Shown here piece by piece: positions 24,125-33,595 of a DNA stretch of 64,000 bases. The stretch lies in sequence record SRR20825019_1762; one strand, written 5' to 3'. The first letter of the stretch is position 1. Each line of letters begins with the position of its first letter. A model generated the notes under the pieces. The model was not told where the DNA came from and did no database searches. It saw only the letters and a list, made by a program, of their open reading frames with translations. The translations under genes and the position numbers were made by a program.

Positions 24125-25231
24125 TTAATCGGTTATTACTGATTGTGGCGTTTCATCGGTAGGTTTTCCGTGCCAGTATGAGGCTAAAATAGACCCCGTT
24201 ACATTCATTAAAGGGCCAAATACGGCCGGTGCCAGCCCCATGGTCGCAATTTTCCCCAGACTGTTGGCAATTCCCGAGGCCAATCCGCCATTTTGCATTC
24301 CCACTTCAATGGCAATGGTTCTAGCATCCTTTTCGGACATCCTAAGAAGCCTAGCGTACCAATACCCCAGTAAATACCCGAAAATATTGTGGACCAATAC
24401 CAACAACATCAAAATGCCGCCAATCTCCAAAAGGCTGTCCCTTCCTGCTGCGGTAATGATGGTAATTATTAGACCTATGGCCAACATGGATATTAAAGGC
24501 ATTGCCCTACCCAACCATTTAATACGATTTCCAAATATTTTATTAAAGAGCAAGCCCGCCCCGATAGGTATAATGATCATCTTTACGATACTCCACATCA
24601 TGGCGAACACATCAATCTCAATGAACTCTCCGGCGAACAACTTCATCATTAAAGGCGTAAGAAATGGTGCCAAAAGTGTTGCAATGGAAGTAATGGTTAT
24701 CGAAAGTGCGACATTCGCCTTGGCCAAAAAAGCCATTACGTTAGAGGCTACACCACTGGGAGAACAGCCTATGAGCACTATTCCTGCTGCAATTTCTGGT
24801 GGAAAATTGCTGATCTGTGCCAAAAAATAGCCCATCAGGGGCATTACGATCAATTGTGCCGAAACTCCGATCATCACTCCTTTTGGTGATTGAAATACGG
24901 CTGCAAAATCTTTGACGCTCATCGTTGTTCCCATACCGAACATGATAATCTGTATCAAGGGAATAATGAGCACAGTGAATTTAAAATCACCAATGTGGGT
25001 AAAGTAAACTGGGTAATATAGTGCCGCCGCCACACCTGCAAAAATCATTGTGGTGAATATCAGACCCTTCATTTTTTCGTATCCGTTAAACCCGAAGGCC
25101 AACAATGCAAAAAATCCAAGAATAAAAAGTCCGGCTTGATCGATATGGCCTGTTATGGCCATCCCAATTATAATCAGGAACAGCAAAGCTGCCAATCCTA
25201 GTGCTATAGAATATATGGTTATATTTTTCAA
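24125..25231 (-). CDS. BASS/SBF family Na+ symporter (PanS/YocS-like)
   Basis: IMFGMG, GCSPSGVASNV, IEVGMQNGGLA; many TM helices plus an N-terminal hydrophobic extension. Confidence 0.92.
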   Translation of the reverse strand: MKNITIYSIALGLAALLFLIIIGMAITGHIDQAGLFILGFFALLAFGFNGYEKMKGLIFTTMIFAGVAAALYYPVYFTHIGDFKFTVLIIPLIQIIMFGMGTTMSVKDFAAVFQSPKGVMIGVSAQLIVMPLMGYFLAQISNFPPEIAAGIVLIGCSPSGVASNVMAFLAKANVALSITITSIATLLAPFLTPLMMKLFAGEFIEIDVFAMMWSIVKMIIIPIGAGLLFNKIFGNRIKWLGRAMPLISMLAIGLIITIITAAGRDSLLEIGGILMLLVLVHNIFGYLLGYWYARLLRMSEKDARTIAIEVGMQNGGLASGIANSLGKIATMGLAPAVFGPLMNVTGSILASYWHGKPTDETPQSVITD

Positions 25232-25242
25232 AATAGAAGGAT

Positions 25243-25704
25243 TTAAAGTTTATACGCCTGTCTTGCCAGCAATCTCCATTGCTTGCCTTCTTTTTGAAAA
25301 ACCAGCAGGCAACCTATGTTGACTGTTGCCGGCGCACCATTATTGGTTCCTTCACCTTTAAAAATATGACGCACTATACCTGTTTTACCAGAAATTGTTA
25401 TGGTTTGATCTATCGGGGTTATCGATGAAAATAGAAATCCGCCGTTCATGACGCCATCCACATATTCCGTTTTATTCTCTATCTTACCGCTAGAGTGACC
25501 GTAGGTTAGACTTTTCATGGTCAATTCTTCCAGTTTATCTTTGTCTCTATCGACCATGGCTTCGTAAAGTTGACTTACCGCATCATCGATTTTATTGACT
25601 TCAGCAGTATTCTTTTGAGCCACTAAAGTGGTGGAGAAACAAAGAAGTATTCCTAAAAAACAGTGTTTTGTTATGGTTGAATATTCAATAAGGTGTTTTT
25701 TCAT
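25243..25704 (-). CDS. NTF2-like (DUF4440) exported protein
   Basis: LTYGHSSGKIENK, C-terminal WRLLARQAYKL; signal peptide LVA|Q. Confidence 0.8.
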   Translation of the reverse strand: MKKHLIEYSTITKHCFLGILLCFSTTLVAQKNTAEVNKIDDAVSQLYEAMVDRDKDKLEELTMKSLTYGHSSGKIENKTEYVDGVMNGGFLFSSITPIDQTITISGKTGIVRHIFKGEGTNNGAPATVNIGCLLVFQKEGKQWRLLARQAYKL

Positions 25705-25730
25705 TCTATTGGTTTTATGCTGGCAGATAT

Positions 25731-26669
25731 CTATTGTTTTTTAGATGCCATATAATCATTGAGTTCTTTTCTGGACATGGGTAATTTGCTATCTGGATAT
25801 TCCTTTAGCCAGTTTTCGAAATCTGCATTGATCTCTTCCGTCCATCTCGTGTCTATCTGTCCCGCGGTGTATCTTTTTTCCCGTAATCTTTGGAACCCAA
25901 ACAGATCGCGCAGGCCTACTATTTCAGAAGACAGTACCAATTCCGAAGCCAAATGGGAAGGAATAAAAACGGTGCCATGTTGGTTCGCCAAAACCACATC
26001 GCCCGGTAATACGGTTGCCCTTCCAATTCGGATGGGCATGTTAATGCTGGTCAACATTTCCTCCTGCAGATAAGAAGGGTCCGCACCTTTGTGCCAGCCA
26101 TTGAATCCCTCAATATCCAAGAGGCCTGCGACATCCCTTACGCCACCGTCAAAAATCACCCCGTTTTTGGAATTGGTATAAATGGCATTTCCTAAATTGG
26201 AACCGATCAGCGTACCATCTATAATTCTTCCGTATCCATCTGCCACGTAGACGTCTCCAGGTACCAATTGTTGAATGGGCCATGAATTGCTTCCTCCAAT
26301 GGTATCCCGTTTCTCTTGTGCTCCTTTAAGTTTCACCAATTGTTGATAGTCTGGTCTAAGTGGCATATATTGTGCAGTGACCACCCTACCGGTCATGGCA
26401 TTTTCTGGATGGATTATTTCCCATTCGCCTTCATATTGATTGTGATATCCCTTTCTTCTTAAAAAGCCCCAGGCCTCTTCAATTTGAATATTTTTCATTC
26501 TTTGCAACAAGGCATCGGAAACTTTTGGCCTTCCGTCCTTAAAACGCTCTCCGGTCCAGTTGGAGGTCAGTTCCATAATGTATTCAGGTGAAGCTGTAAC
26601 TCCTTGCGATTTGGCGTAAAAAAAACCAAGAAAGCAACTTAGCACCAATACTATCCTTAAATTTCTCAT
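25731..26669 (-). CDS. Second RraA/HMG-aldolase family protein with signal peptide
   Basis: GRVVTA, IGSNLG, DGGVRDV, PGDVV; signal peptide AKS|Q; paralogue of 21837..22772. Confidence 0.85.
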   Translation of the reverse strand: MRNLRIVLVLSCFLGFFYAKSQGVTASPEYIMELTSNWTGERFKDGRPKVSDALLQRMKNIQIEEAWGFLRRKGYHNQYEGEWEIIHPENAMTGRVVTAQYMPLRPDYQQLVKLKGAQEKRDTIGGSNSWPIQQLVPGDVYVADGYGRIIDGTLIGSNLGNAIYTNSKNGVIFDGGVRDVAGLLDIEGFNGWHKGADPSYLQEEMLTSINMPIRIGRATVLPGDVVLANQHGTVFIPSHLASELVLSSEIVGLRDLFGFQRLREKRYTAGQIDTRWTEEINADFENWLKEYPDSKLPMSRKELNDYMASKKQ

Positions 26670-26742
26670 GTTCTATATTTTTTAATTTTCCCTTAAAAAG
26701 GGGTCTGTTCTTCACGAATTCCCCACTGAATCAAGTTAGACA

Positions 26743-26771
26743 GGAAACCCCCGTTAACACGGGAGTTCTCC
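26743..26771 (-). terminator. GC-rich hairpin (terminator or stabilising stem) after the dehydratase gene
   Basis: Minus strand GGAGAACTCCCGT-GTTA-ACGGGGGTTTCC; weak U tail. Confidence 0.55.
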
Positions 26772-26883
26772 CATCAAACTCAAACTAAATCAAACTACAT
26801 CAAAACGTGCCCCTATACACAAGGGCGATGATACTCTATTGGCACATCCTTATTCATTCGGTAGAATGTTGCCAGGTTATTTA

Positions 26884-28383
26884 TTAACTATAAGTTCTAT
26901 CGTGGGAACGAAGCTCGTTCCATTCCTCTGTAGATTTAAAGAATGTTTTATCCGAAGGATGCAAATGTTCCTTCACCACTTCTTCATCCAAGTCTATCCC
27001 CAAACCTGGTGCGGTAAGTGGAACCGTGGCAAAACCTTTGTCGATCATCTTAAAACCACCAACCGTTTTTACCAGACTTTCCCACCACGGCACATCCACC
27101 GAATGATGTTCCAGGGCCAAAAAGTTTTGCGTCGCAGCCGCACAATGCACATTGGCCATAAAAGAAACAGGTGTACCTGCTTGGTGCATGGCCATGGCAA
27201 TGCCAAATTCCTCGGCATAATCTCCAATTCTCTTGGTCTCCAACAGACCTCCAGAAGAGGCTAAATCCGGATGCACGATATCTACCGCCCTATCATGAAT
27301 AAGGGGCATAAAGTCCTTTAAAAGGTAAATATCCTCCCCTGTGGTCGTGGGTGTCTCAATGGCATCGGTAATGGTCCTCCATTGTTCATTGTACTGCCAT
27401 GGAACCATATCCTCGAACCAAGCCAACCTATATTTATCCAGGGCCTTTGCCAAACGTATTCCATTGTTGAGGTCAAAGTGTCCATAGTGATCGGTGGAAA
27501 TTGGAATTTCATAACCTACCATGTCCCGAACATCTTCCACTACCTGCTGCAATACTTCAAGTCCTTTTTCCGTAATCTGTATTTGGGTAAAAGGATGCAT
27601 GGTATTTCCGTAGGACATCATATTACGGCGATCGCCCCATTGGGCCAAAACACCTCTTTCATTTTCCCAGAACTTTCCGTTTACCACCGTACCGGGCTTT
27701 CCCCGTAGCTCTCCAATGGAAACATCCATTTTAAGCCAAGTGTATCCCTGTTCATTTACCCTGAAATCTATTAATCGCTTTTGCTCTTCAGGTGAGGATG
27801 CTTCGGGAGTGTCGGCATAGAGCCTTACTTTGTCCCTGTATCTACCCCCCAGTAACTGCCAAGCGGGTACACCGTATGCTTTACCGCAAATATCCCAGAG
27901 CGCCATTTCAACCGCACAGACCCCTCCAGCTTGCCTGGCAGGTCCCCCAAATTGCTTGATGCTCTTGAATATTTTTTCGACATTGCAAGGATTTTCTCCC
28001 AGAATCCTACTCTTAAGGAATAGGGCATAGCGTACATCTGCGGCATCCCTAACCTCACCAAGGCCATAAATTCCTTGATTGGTCTCTATCTTGATTATGG
28101 CCGTGCCGCCCATCACATTTGTGAGGGCATACCGCATATCGGTGATCTTGAGTTCTGAAGGCGCGGACATACGGCTGACCTTTGAAGTGGTCTGTGCTAT
28201 GGTATCCTCGATGCCCAGTCCCATCATTCCCGTCATTGCAATGCCTCCCAATGCGGTTTTTTTCAGAAAGTTTCTTCTGTCATCCGTGGTTTTTGGGTTC
28301 TCAATTTCTGCCTGCTTCGCCAACTTATGGTCCTTTTCTTCTTGCTTATTCTTGGCTATAATTTGTTTTAATACTGATTTCAT
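26884..28383 (-). CDS. Second enolase-superfamily dehydratase, Tat-exported
   Basis: DRRNFLKK Tat motif after a long charged N-region; ALWDICGK, KMD, D(HYG), E(D), (G)E ligands, MH. Confidence 0.9.
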   Translation of the reverse strand: MKSVLKQIIAKNKQEEKDHKLAKQAEIENPKTTDDRRNFLKKTALGGIAMTGMMGLGIEDTIAQTTSKVSRMSAPSELKITDMRYALTNVMGGTAIIKIETNQGIYGLGEVRDAADVRYALFLKSRILGENPCNVEKIFKSIKQFGGPARQAGGVCAVEMALWDICGKAYGVPAWQLLGGRYRDKVRLYADTPEASSPEEQKRLIDFRVNEQGYTWLKMDVSIGELRGKPGTVVNGKFWENERGVLAQWGDRRNMMSYGNTMHPFTQIQITEKGLEVLQQVVEDVRDMVGYEIPISTDHYGHFDLNNGIRLAKALDKYRLAWFEDMVPWQYNEQWRTITDAIETPTTTGEDIYLLKDFMPLIHDRAVDIVHPDLASSGGLLETKRIGDYAEEFGIAMAMHQAGTPVSFMANVHCAAATQNFLALEHHSVDVPWWESLVKTVGGFKMIDKGFATVPLTAPGLGIDLDEEVVKEHLHPSDKTFFKSTEEWNELRSHDRTYS

Positions 28384-28417
28384 TTTTTTATTTCTTTTTG
28401 ATAATATCGGTTACTCA

Positions 28418-29953
28418 TTAATCTACATCCCACCAAACCTTGGTATCCAAGTTATCGGGCCCCATTCTGGAAACCGCCTCTTGAAGGTTTGCCTGATTTA
28501 CGGCTATCTCGGCAGGAGGGTAAGTCAACCTATTTATGAAATCACTGGTGATATCCTGTGCAGGATATGGGTTGGGCATCAAATCTGGATAGCCAGACCT
28601 TCTAAAATTGGCGAATAGTTCCGGTCCGTTCAAAAAGGAAGCCACCCAGTATTGTGTATTGATTTCCTCAACAGCATTGGCCAGATTCAATGGGTTGGCA
28701 GCTATATAAGTATCAATATCAGTTCCAGCAATGGCCACACTTTCTCCATAGGCCGCTGCCTGTTCCATATGTCCGCGTATTCCATTTTCGTAATACTCGG
28801 AGGGATCACCTGTCACCCATCCATTGACCGCAGCTTCTGCCAACAACAATTGCGTCTGCGCATAGGTACAGAGAAACATGGGCGACGACTGGGCGCCGTA
28901 TGTAAACCGATCTACTTGTGAAAAGTCATAGAAACTGGCAAGTCCTTCATTGGTCGCAACAGTTCCAATGGTACTGTTATCATACCCCATGGGCATACCT
29001 ATTTGATCATCAGGATTCTTTGAGGCAATTGCCTCTACTTGGTCCGGTCCCGATGCAGCGCCCACATACCTGATCGCCAACGAGGCCAATCTTGGATCAT
29101 CGTTATTATACAAGTAATCCACGAATACATCTGTCAAATAGAAGTTATTGGCTTCGGTTCCATTGAATGTGAAACTGTATGGGTTGGTGAAATTGTTATC
29201 GTGCCTAACCACAAAGTTGTCGTCATTGGACTCCATTACACCTCCATTGAAGCCACTTTGAACGGTCTGTTCCGCCAAGGTGGAATCTACATTCGAAAGT
29301 CGCATACCAATCCTCACCAAAAGAGAGTTGGCCAATTTTCTCCACTGGTCCAAATCTCCTGAATACATCGCTTCCCCTCCTTCGGCAGGGGCCGACTCGC
29401 TCAACGCGTCCCTTGCCTCGGTCAATTCAGTGATCAAATCCGGATAAATCTGTTCCTGGGGATCATAACTTGGCAGTACCACCTGCTCGGACAAGCCCTT
29501 ACCTGCTTCAAAATAGGGGATTTCCCCGTATTCATCAGTCAATACCATGAAAGCATAGGCTTCCAAGATACGGGCCATCTGTAATAAATTGGAACGGTCC
29601 GATTCTTCAGTGTTAAGCTGAAGAATAACGTCACTGGTATGTTTTATGACATTTTGATAATATGCATCCCACTGGTTACCGGTATTGTTACGGTTATCCT
29701 GATTATAGTTGGCCCCGGCCACAAATCCAGAGTTGGGCGTTACTATCTGCTGTACAATCGCTTCATCGTAGTAGATATTGGTTCCACTTGGGAAGGAAAG
29801 TCCAACGATCGCATTGTTCAATAGGAACACTGGGTCTATGCTTTCACTTGTTGGGTCTACAGTGTTGGTATTGAGTTCATCAAAATTCTCTTCGCATCCC
29901 AATAGACCTATGAGGATTACAAAGATTATGATTCTATTCCCTATATTTTTCAT
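28418..29953 (-). CDS. susD: SusD/RagB family outer-membrane lipoprotein
   Basis: Lipobox LLGC; LTDEYGEIPY, DDPRL, RRSGYP, C-terminal VWWD; directly after susC. Confidence 0.93.
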   Translation of the reverse strand: MKNIGNRIIIFVILIGLLGCEENFDELNTNTVDPTSESIDPVFLLNNAIVGLSFPSGTNIYYDEAIVQQIVTPNSGFVAGANYNQDNRNNTGNQWDAYYQNVIKHTSDVILQLNTEESDRSNLLQMARILEAYAFMVLTDEYGEIPYFEAGKGLSEQVVLPSYDPQEQIYPDLITELTEARDALSESAPAEGGEAMYSGDLDQWRKLANSLLVRIGMRLSNVDSTLAEQTVQSGFNGGVMESNDDNFVVRHDNNFTNPYSFTFNGTEANNFYLTDVFVDYLYNNDDPRLASLAIRYVGAASGPDQVEAIASKNPDDQIGMPMGYDNSTIGTVATNEGLASFYDFSQVDRFTYGAQSSPMFLCTYAQTQLLLAEAAVNGWVTGDPSEYYENGIRGHMEQAAAYGESVAIAGTDIDTYIAANPLNLANAVEEINTQYWVASFLNGPELFANFRRSGYPDLMPNPYPAQDITSDFINRLTYPPAEIAVNQANLQEAVSRMGPDNLDTKVWWDVD

Positions 29954-29963
29954 GATGTCTTAT

Positions 29964-32900
29964 TTAGAATTTGACGTTTAGGTTAAACCCGATACTTCTT
30001 GTGGTGGGTACACCTGTGGATTCCAGTCCAGAAACGTTGTCCGAACTATAAGCAAAGGAGTCTGGATCAATATTGGGGACCCATTTTTTAAGTATTGCCA
30101 CATTGTTTGCAACCAGGCTTAGGGTTACCCCTTGTACAAAGGAATCCTCTGGAATGAGTTTTTGGAAATCATACCCTAAGGTAATCTGCCTCAATTTCCA
30201 GAATCCAGAATTGTACACAATGGGTTCTATCAATTGCTGTGATCGCACAACTTCCCAGTAAGTTTGGGATTCCGTTGCAACATTGTTGGGTTGCCCCGCT
30301 TGGTTTACCCCATCTCCGATAACCCCGGTATCCCTACCAGGAAGGGTCATTTTATGGAGACCATGTCTAACGGCATTGAAGTTGGTACCGGAAATCATCT
30401 TACCTCCCAATTTGAAATCAATCAAAAAGGAGAAGTTGAAATCCTTGTAGCGTACGGTATTTGTAATACCTCCAACCCATCTGGGCAGTGCACTACCAAA
30501 GAATTTGATATCGTCCGACCTTAAAGGTCTTCCATCATTTGCAAATATTTGTCTTCCTTGGTCATCGAACTTATAACCAAAACCGGCCAATTGACCGATT
30601 TCCTTACCTACCACTTGGTAGAGATAACCGTTAAATACGTGGTTACCTACCAAAATACTCTCTCCCTCCTCATCGCTAAGCAGGCTGATTACTTTGGTTT
30701 TATTGTAGGACGCATTGAAATTAAAATCCCATCTTAGGTCATCATTACGAATGGGTGTCAAATTCAATAACATTTCAATACCGTCACTTCTACTTTCACC
30801 ACTGTTGATCAACTGACTTATAAATCCTGAAGAATTGGAAATCTGAGCGGGTATGATCTGATCTATTGTGGTCTTGCGGTATACGGCCAAATCCAATCCG
30901 ACCCGGTTATCGAACATTCTTAGATCGACACCTAGTTCTGTTTCCTTCACCCTCATTGGGCGAAGGTTGGGATTGGGCAATATGGATGTATTGGCGCCAG
31001 CAACTGGCTTGGGTGATCCATCCGGTCCTGGGAAGAAGTTGGCGTTGATATCATAAAATAGTGCGTCAGAATAAGGATTTACGTCCGTATCGCTGCCCAC
31101 TTCGGCATAGGCGGCCCTGAATTTACCCAAGGTAAGCCACTCCGCGTCATCACCGACCCAGTTTGAAAAGAGGACACTACCGGAAACAGAAGGATAAAGG
31201 ATACTTCTATTTGCTTCAGAAAGTGTTGAGAACCAATCGTTACGGGCAGTACCACTTAAAAAATAAGTGTCTTGATAAGATAAATCAACTGCTCCATACA
31301 AGGAGTTGATGCCTCTCTCGGACATGGAGTAGGTTGGATCTTTCACCCTACCGTTTTGTACAGTGTACAGATCACGGATCACAAAATCGGTCACATCCAC
31401 TCTATTGAGCTCCTGTCTTCTTCTCATTTGGTTTCCACCAACATTGTAACTAATTCCAAAATCTTCATTTACATCAACATTTCCTGAAAAAAGGAAGTCC
31501 ATGTTGGTTTCCCTATACCTTCTTGCTGTTTGGGTAAAGGTTCCATTAAAGAAGGGTTCTGGTGCCGCAGGTCTGGAAGCTTGTCCGGTCGGATACCCAT
31601 TAAATTGTTGGGAACGTGACCAATAGTCCTGCCCTACCCGTATCTGTCCCGTAAGCCATGAAAGAATTTTATAGCGTGCGGCAACGTTACCGAATATTCT
31701 ATCTCTCCGTATTTCGTTGAACTGTTCGGAAAGCGTAAAATATGGATTGGTACGGTTTCTGAACCTGCTGTATACAAATTCGTTCCCGTTCTCATCAAGT
31801 TTTTTCTCTTCCAATAAATCGAAAGGCATGGAATTGGCCATGTTGTAAAGGGCCACAGGAATCGTATTGTCCTGTTGGCCAACGTTGGGCGGGTTTATGT
31901 TTTTCTCGTAGGAATAATTGACATGGGCCTCAACGCTAAGCTTGTCGGACAGGTCATAGTTTGCCCCAAAGTTTACCGTCTTCCTGTTAAACTCGTTATT
32001 AGGAGTGATGCCTTTACTGCCTAGATTGGAAAGTGAAAGGTTGAACCCTCCTTTTTCTGATCCACTCGAAATGGATACGGAATTGGTGATGTCGAGACCA
32101 CTTCTATAAAACTTCTTAATTCTGTCGTAAACCGGAACATAAGGAACTTCCACTCCATCAAAAAGAACCTGCGTCATTCCCGGTTGAAAGCGTTCCCCGA
32201 AGGACCATTGTCCGGAGGTTGGATTGGCCGATGTAGGCCTCACTCCGTTCTCCCCTTGTCCATATTCATACTGATAGTCTGTAAAATCCAAAGGGGTATG
32301 GTCGGTTATGTTAAGGTTGTAGGTAACCCCTATTCCCTGTTGACGCCCACGCGACTTCGTGGTGATCATAATAACACCATCCTTTGCCCTGGACCCATAA
32401 AGTGCTGCACCGGTGGCTCCCTTTAAAATGGTCATACTTTCTATGTCATCTGGATTGATACTGGAAAAACCATCACCACCATCGGAATAGATTCCGTCAC
32501 TATTGGTGCCCACTTCTGTACTGGTACTCCCCGGGCTTGTACCAAAGGAAGTATTGTCTATCGGCACACCATTTACCACTATTAGAGGATTATTGGTCCC
32601 CGAAATTGAGGATTGACCTCTAATTCTAACTTTTGATGACCCACCTGGTCCTGAACTCAATGAGGATATATTGACCCCTGCTACCTTGCCCTGAAGGGTG
32701 TTCATAAAATTTGAAGACCTGTTCACATTGACCTCGTCGGCATCTACCTGGGCAATGGAATATCCCAATTTCTTGGTTTCTTGCTTAATCCCCAAAGCAG
32801 TTACCACAACTTCGTTCAAGTTCTGTGTATCTTCCTGTAATACTATATCAAGGGTCGTGGATCCTCCAACCGGGACTTCTTTTCTTGTAAACCCGATGGA

Positions 32901-33470
32901 ACTGACTATCAAAACGGCATTGGCATTCTGAACAGTTATCTCATAAACTCCATCAAAGTTGGCGGCAACACCATTAGTGGTGCCCTTTTCTATCACAGAT
33001 GCCCCTGGTATGGGTACGCCATTGGAGTCTGTAATTACACCCGAAAGTGTGGTTTGAAAATCGTCATCGGGAGATGAGGAAGGACTTGAGTCCGTCGGAG
33101 CTACATCGATTGCGTTTCTGGTCTTTAAAATAATTTGTTGTTTGTTAAAAAGATAAGAAACGTTGGTTCCCTGGAAAAGTTGGTCGAGTATTTCAGCGAT
33201 CAATTTTTGGTCTACATTGATAGAGACCTTTCTGTGAGCATTTACTTTTTTGTTGTCATAAAAGAACTTGAACTCTGAAACAGATTCAATCTGTTCGAAC
33301 ACTTGCATAATTTCTACATTTTTCATGTCCAAACTGAGTTTGGTATTTTGGGAGTAGGAATTTGCATGTGTCGAAAAAAAGGAAACTATCAAGAAAAGTG
33401 CAGTTAGTTTCACCGTCAGCGACAAGTTGTTTGTTAAACAAGGCAGAGTGCTCTTGATGTAATTTTTCAT
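29964..33470 (-). CDS. susC: SusC/RagA TonB-dependent transducer with N-terminal STN signalling domain
   Basis: N-terminal extension LSLDMKN...FKFFY, LNEVVVTALG, PLIVVNGVP, LKGATGAALYGSRA, C-terminal NVKF. Confidence 0.95.
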   Translation of the reverse strand: MKNYIKSTLPCLTNNLSLTVKLTALFLIVSFFSTHANSYSQNTKLSLDMKNVEIMQVFEQIESVSEFKFFYDNKKVNAHRKVSINVDQKLIAEILDQLFQGTNVSYLFNKQQIILKTRNAIDVAPTDSSPSSSPDDDFQTTLSGVITDSNGVPIPGASVIEKGTTNGVAANFDGVYEITVQNANAVLIVSSIGFTRKEVPVGGSTTLDIVLQEDTQNLNEVVVTALGIKQETKKLGYSIAQVDADEVNVNRSSNFMNTLQGKVAGVNISSLSSGPGGSSKVRIRGQSSISGTNNPLIVVNGVPIDNTSFGTSPGSTSTEVGTNSDGIYSDGGDGFSSINPDDIESMTILKGATGAALYGSRAKDGVIMITTKSRGRQQGIGVTYNLNITDHTPLDFTDYQYEYGQGENGVRPTSANPTSGQWSFGERFQPGMTQVLFDGVEVPYVPVYDRIKKFYRSGLDITNSVSISSGSEKGGFNLSLSNLGSKGITPNNEFNRKTVNFGANYDLSDKLSVEAHVNYSYEKNINPPNVGQQDNTIPVALYNMANSMPFDLLEEKKLDENGNEFVYSRFRNRTNPYFTLSEQFNEIRRDRIFGNVAARYKILSWLTGQIRVGQDYWSRSQQFNGYPTGQASRPAAPEPFFNGTFTQTARRYRETNMDFLFSGNVDVNEDFGISYNVGGNQMRRRQELNRVDVTDFVIRDLYTVQNGRVKDPTYSMSERGINSLYGAVDLSYQDTYFLSGTARNDWFSTLSEANRSILYPSVSGSVLFSNWVGDDAEWLTLGKFRAAYAEVGSDTDVNPYSDALFYDINANFFPGPDGSPKPVAGANTSILPNPNLRPMRVKETELGVDLRMFDNRVGLDLAVYRKTTIDQIIPAQISNSSGFISQLINSGESRSDGIEMLLNLTPIRNDDLRWDFNFNASYNKTKVISLLSDEEGESILVGNHVFNGYLYQVVGKEIGQLAGFGYKFDDQGRQIFANDGRPLRSDDIKFFGSALPRWVGGITNTVRYKDFNFSFLIDFKLGGKMISGTNFNAVRHGLHKMTLPGRDTGVIGDGVNQAGQPNNVATESQTYWEVVRSQQLIEPIVYNSGFWKLRQITLGYDFQKLIPEDSFVQGVTLSLVANNVAILKKWVPNIDPDSFAYSSDNVSGLESTGVPTTRSIGFNLNVKF

Positions 33471-33477
33471 ACCTTTG
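33470..33477 (+). promoter_or_regulatory. Bacteroidota sigma-A -7 element (TACCTTTG), antisense, overlapping the susC start codon
   Basis: Exact TAnnTTTG match on the + strand; no clear -33 TTG at 19-21 nt. Confidence 0.5.
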
Positions 33478-33482
33478 TAATG

Positions 33483-33555
33483 TTTTTAGTTAACTTATTT
33501 TTTGAGTTAATAATCTCAAATCGGGAAGGTGTTGCAGCATCTCCCGATTTTTTTT
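33483..33555 (+). ncRNA. Putative cis-antisense sRNA (about 70 nt) to the susC leader
   Basis: Lies between the -7 element and hairpin AAATCGGGA...TCCCGATTT (33518-33550), whose T8 tail (33548-33555) is on the + strand. Confidence 0.5.
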
Positions 33556-33595
33556 GTGCATTTATTTCATAGGCGTATATCTGATTTTTGGTTAT

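Noticed and set aside
24125-25231. Bile acid transport
   Set aside because: Family name only; the context is sugar-acid catabolism.
21837-26669. RraA proteins as RNase E regulators or MenG methyltransferases
   Set aside because: Signal peptides, the retained RD motif and neighbouring dehydratases favour an aldolase-type role.
26772-26805. CRISPR or tandem-repeat array
   Set aside because: Only three 6-nt units, no spacers and no cas genes; treated as a possible RNA element instead.
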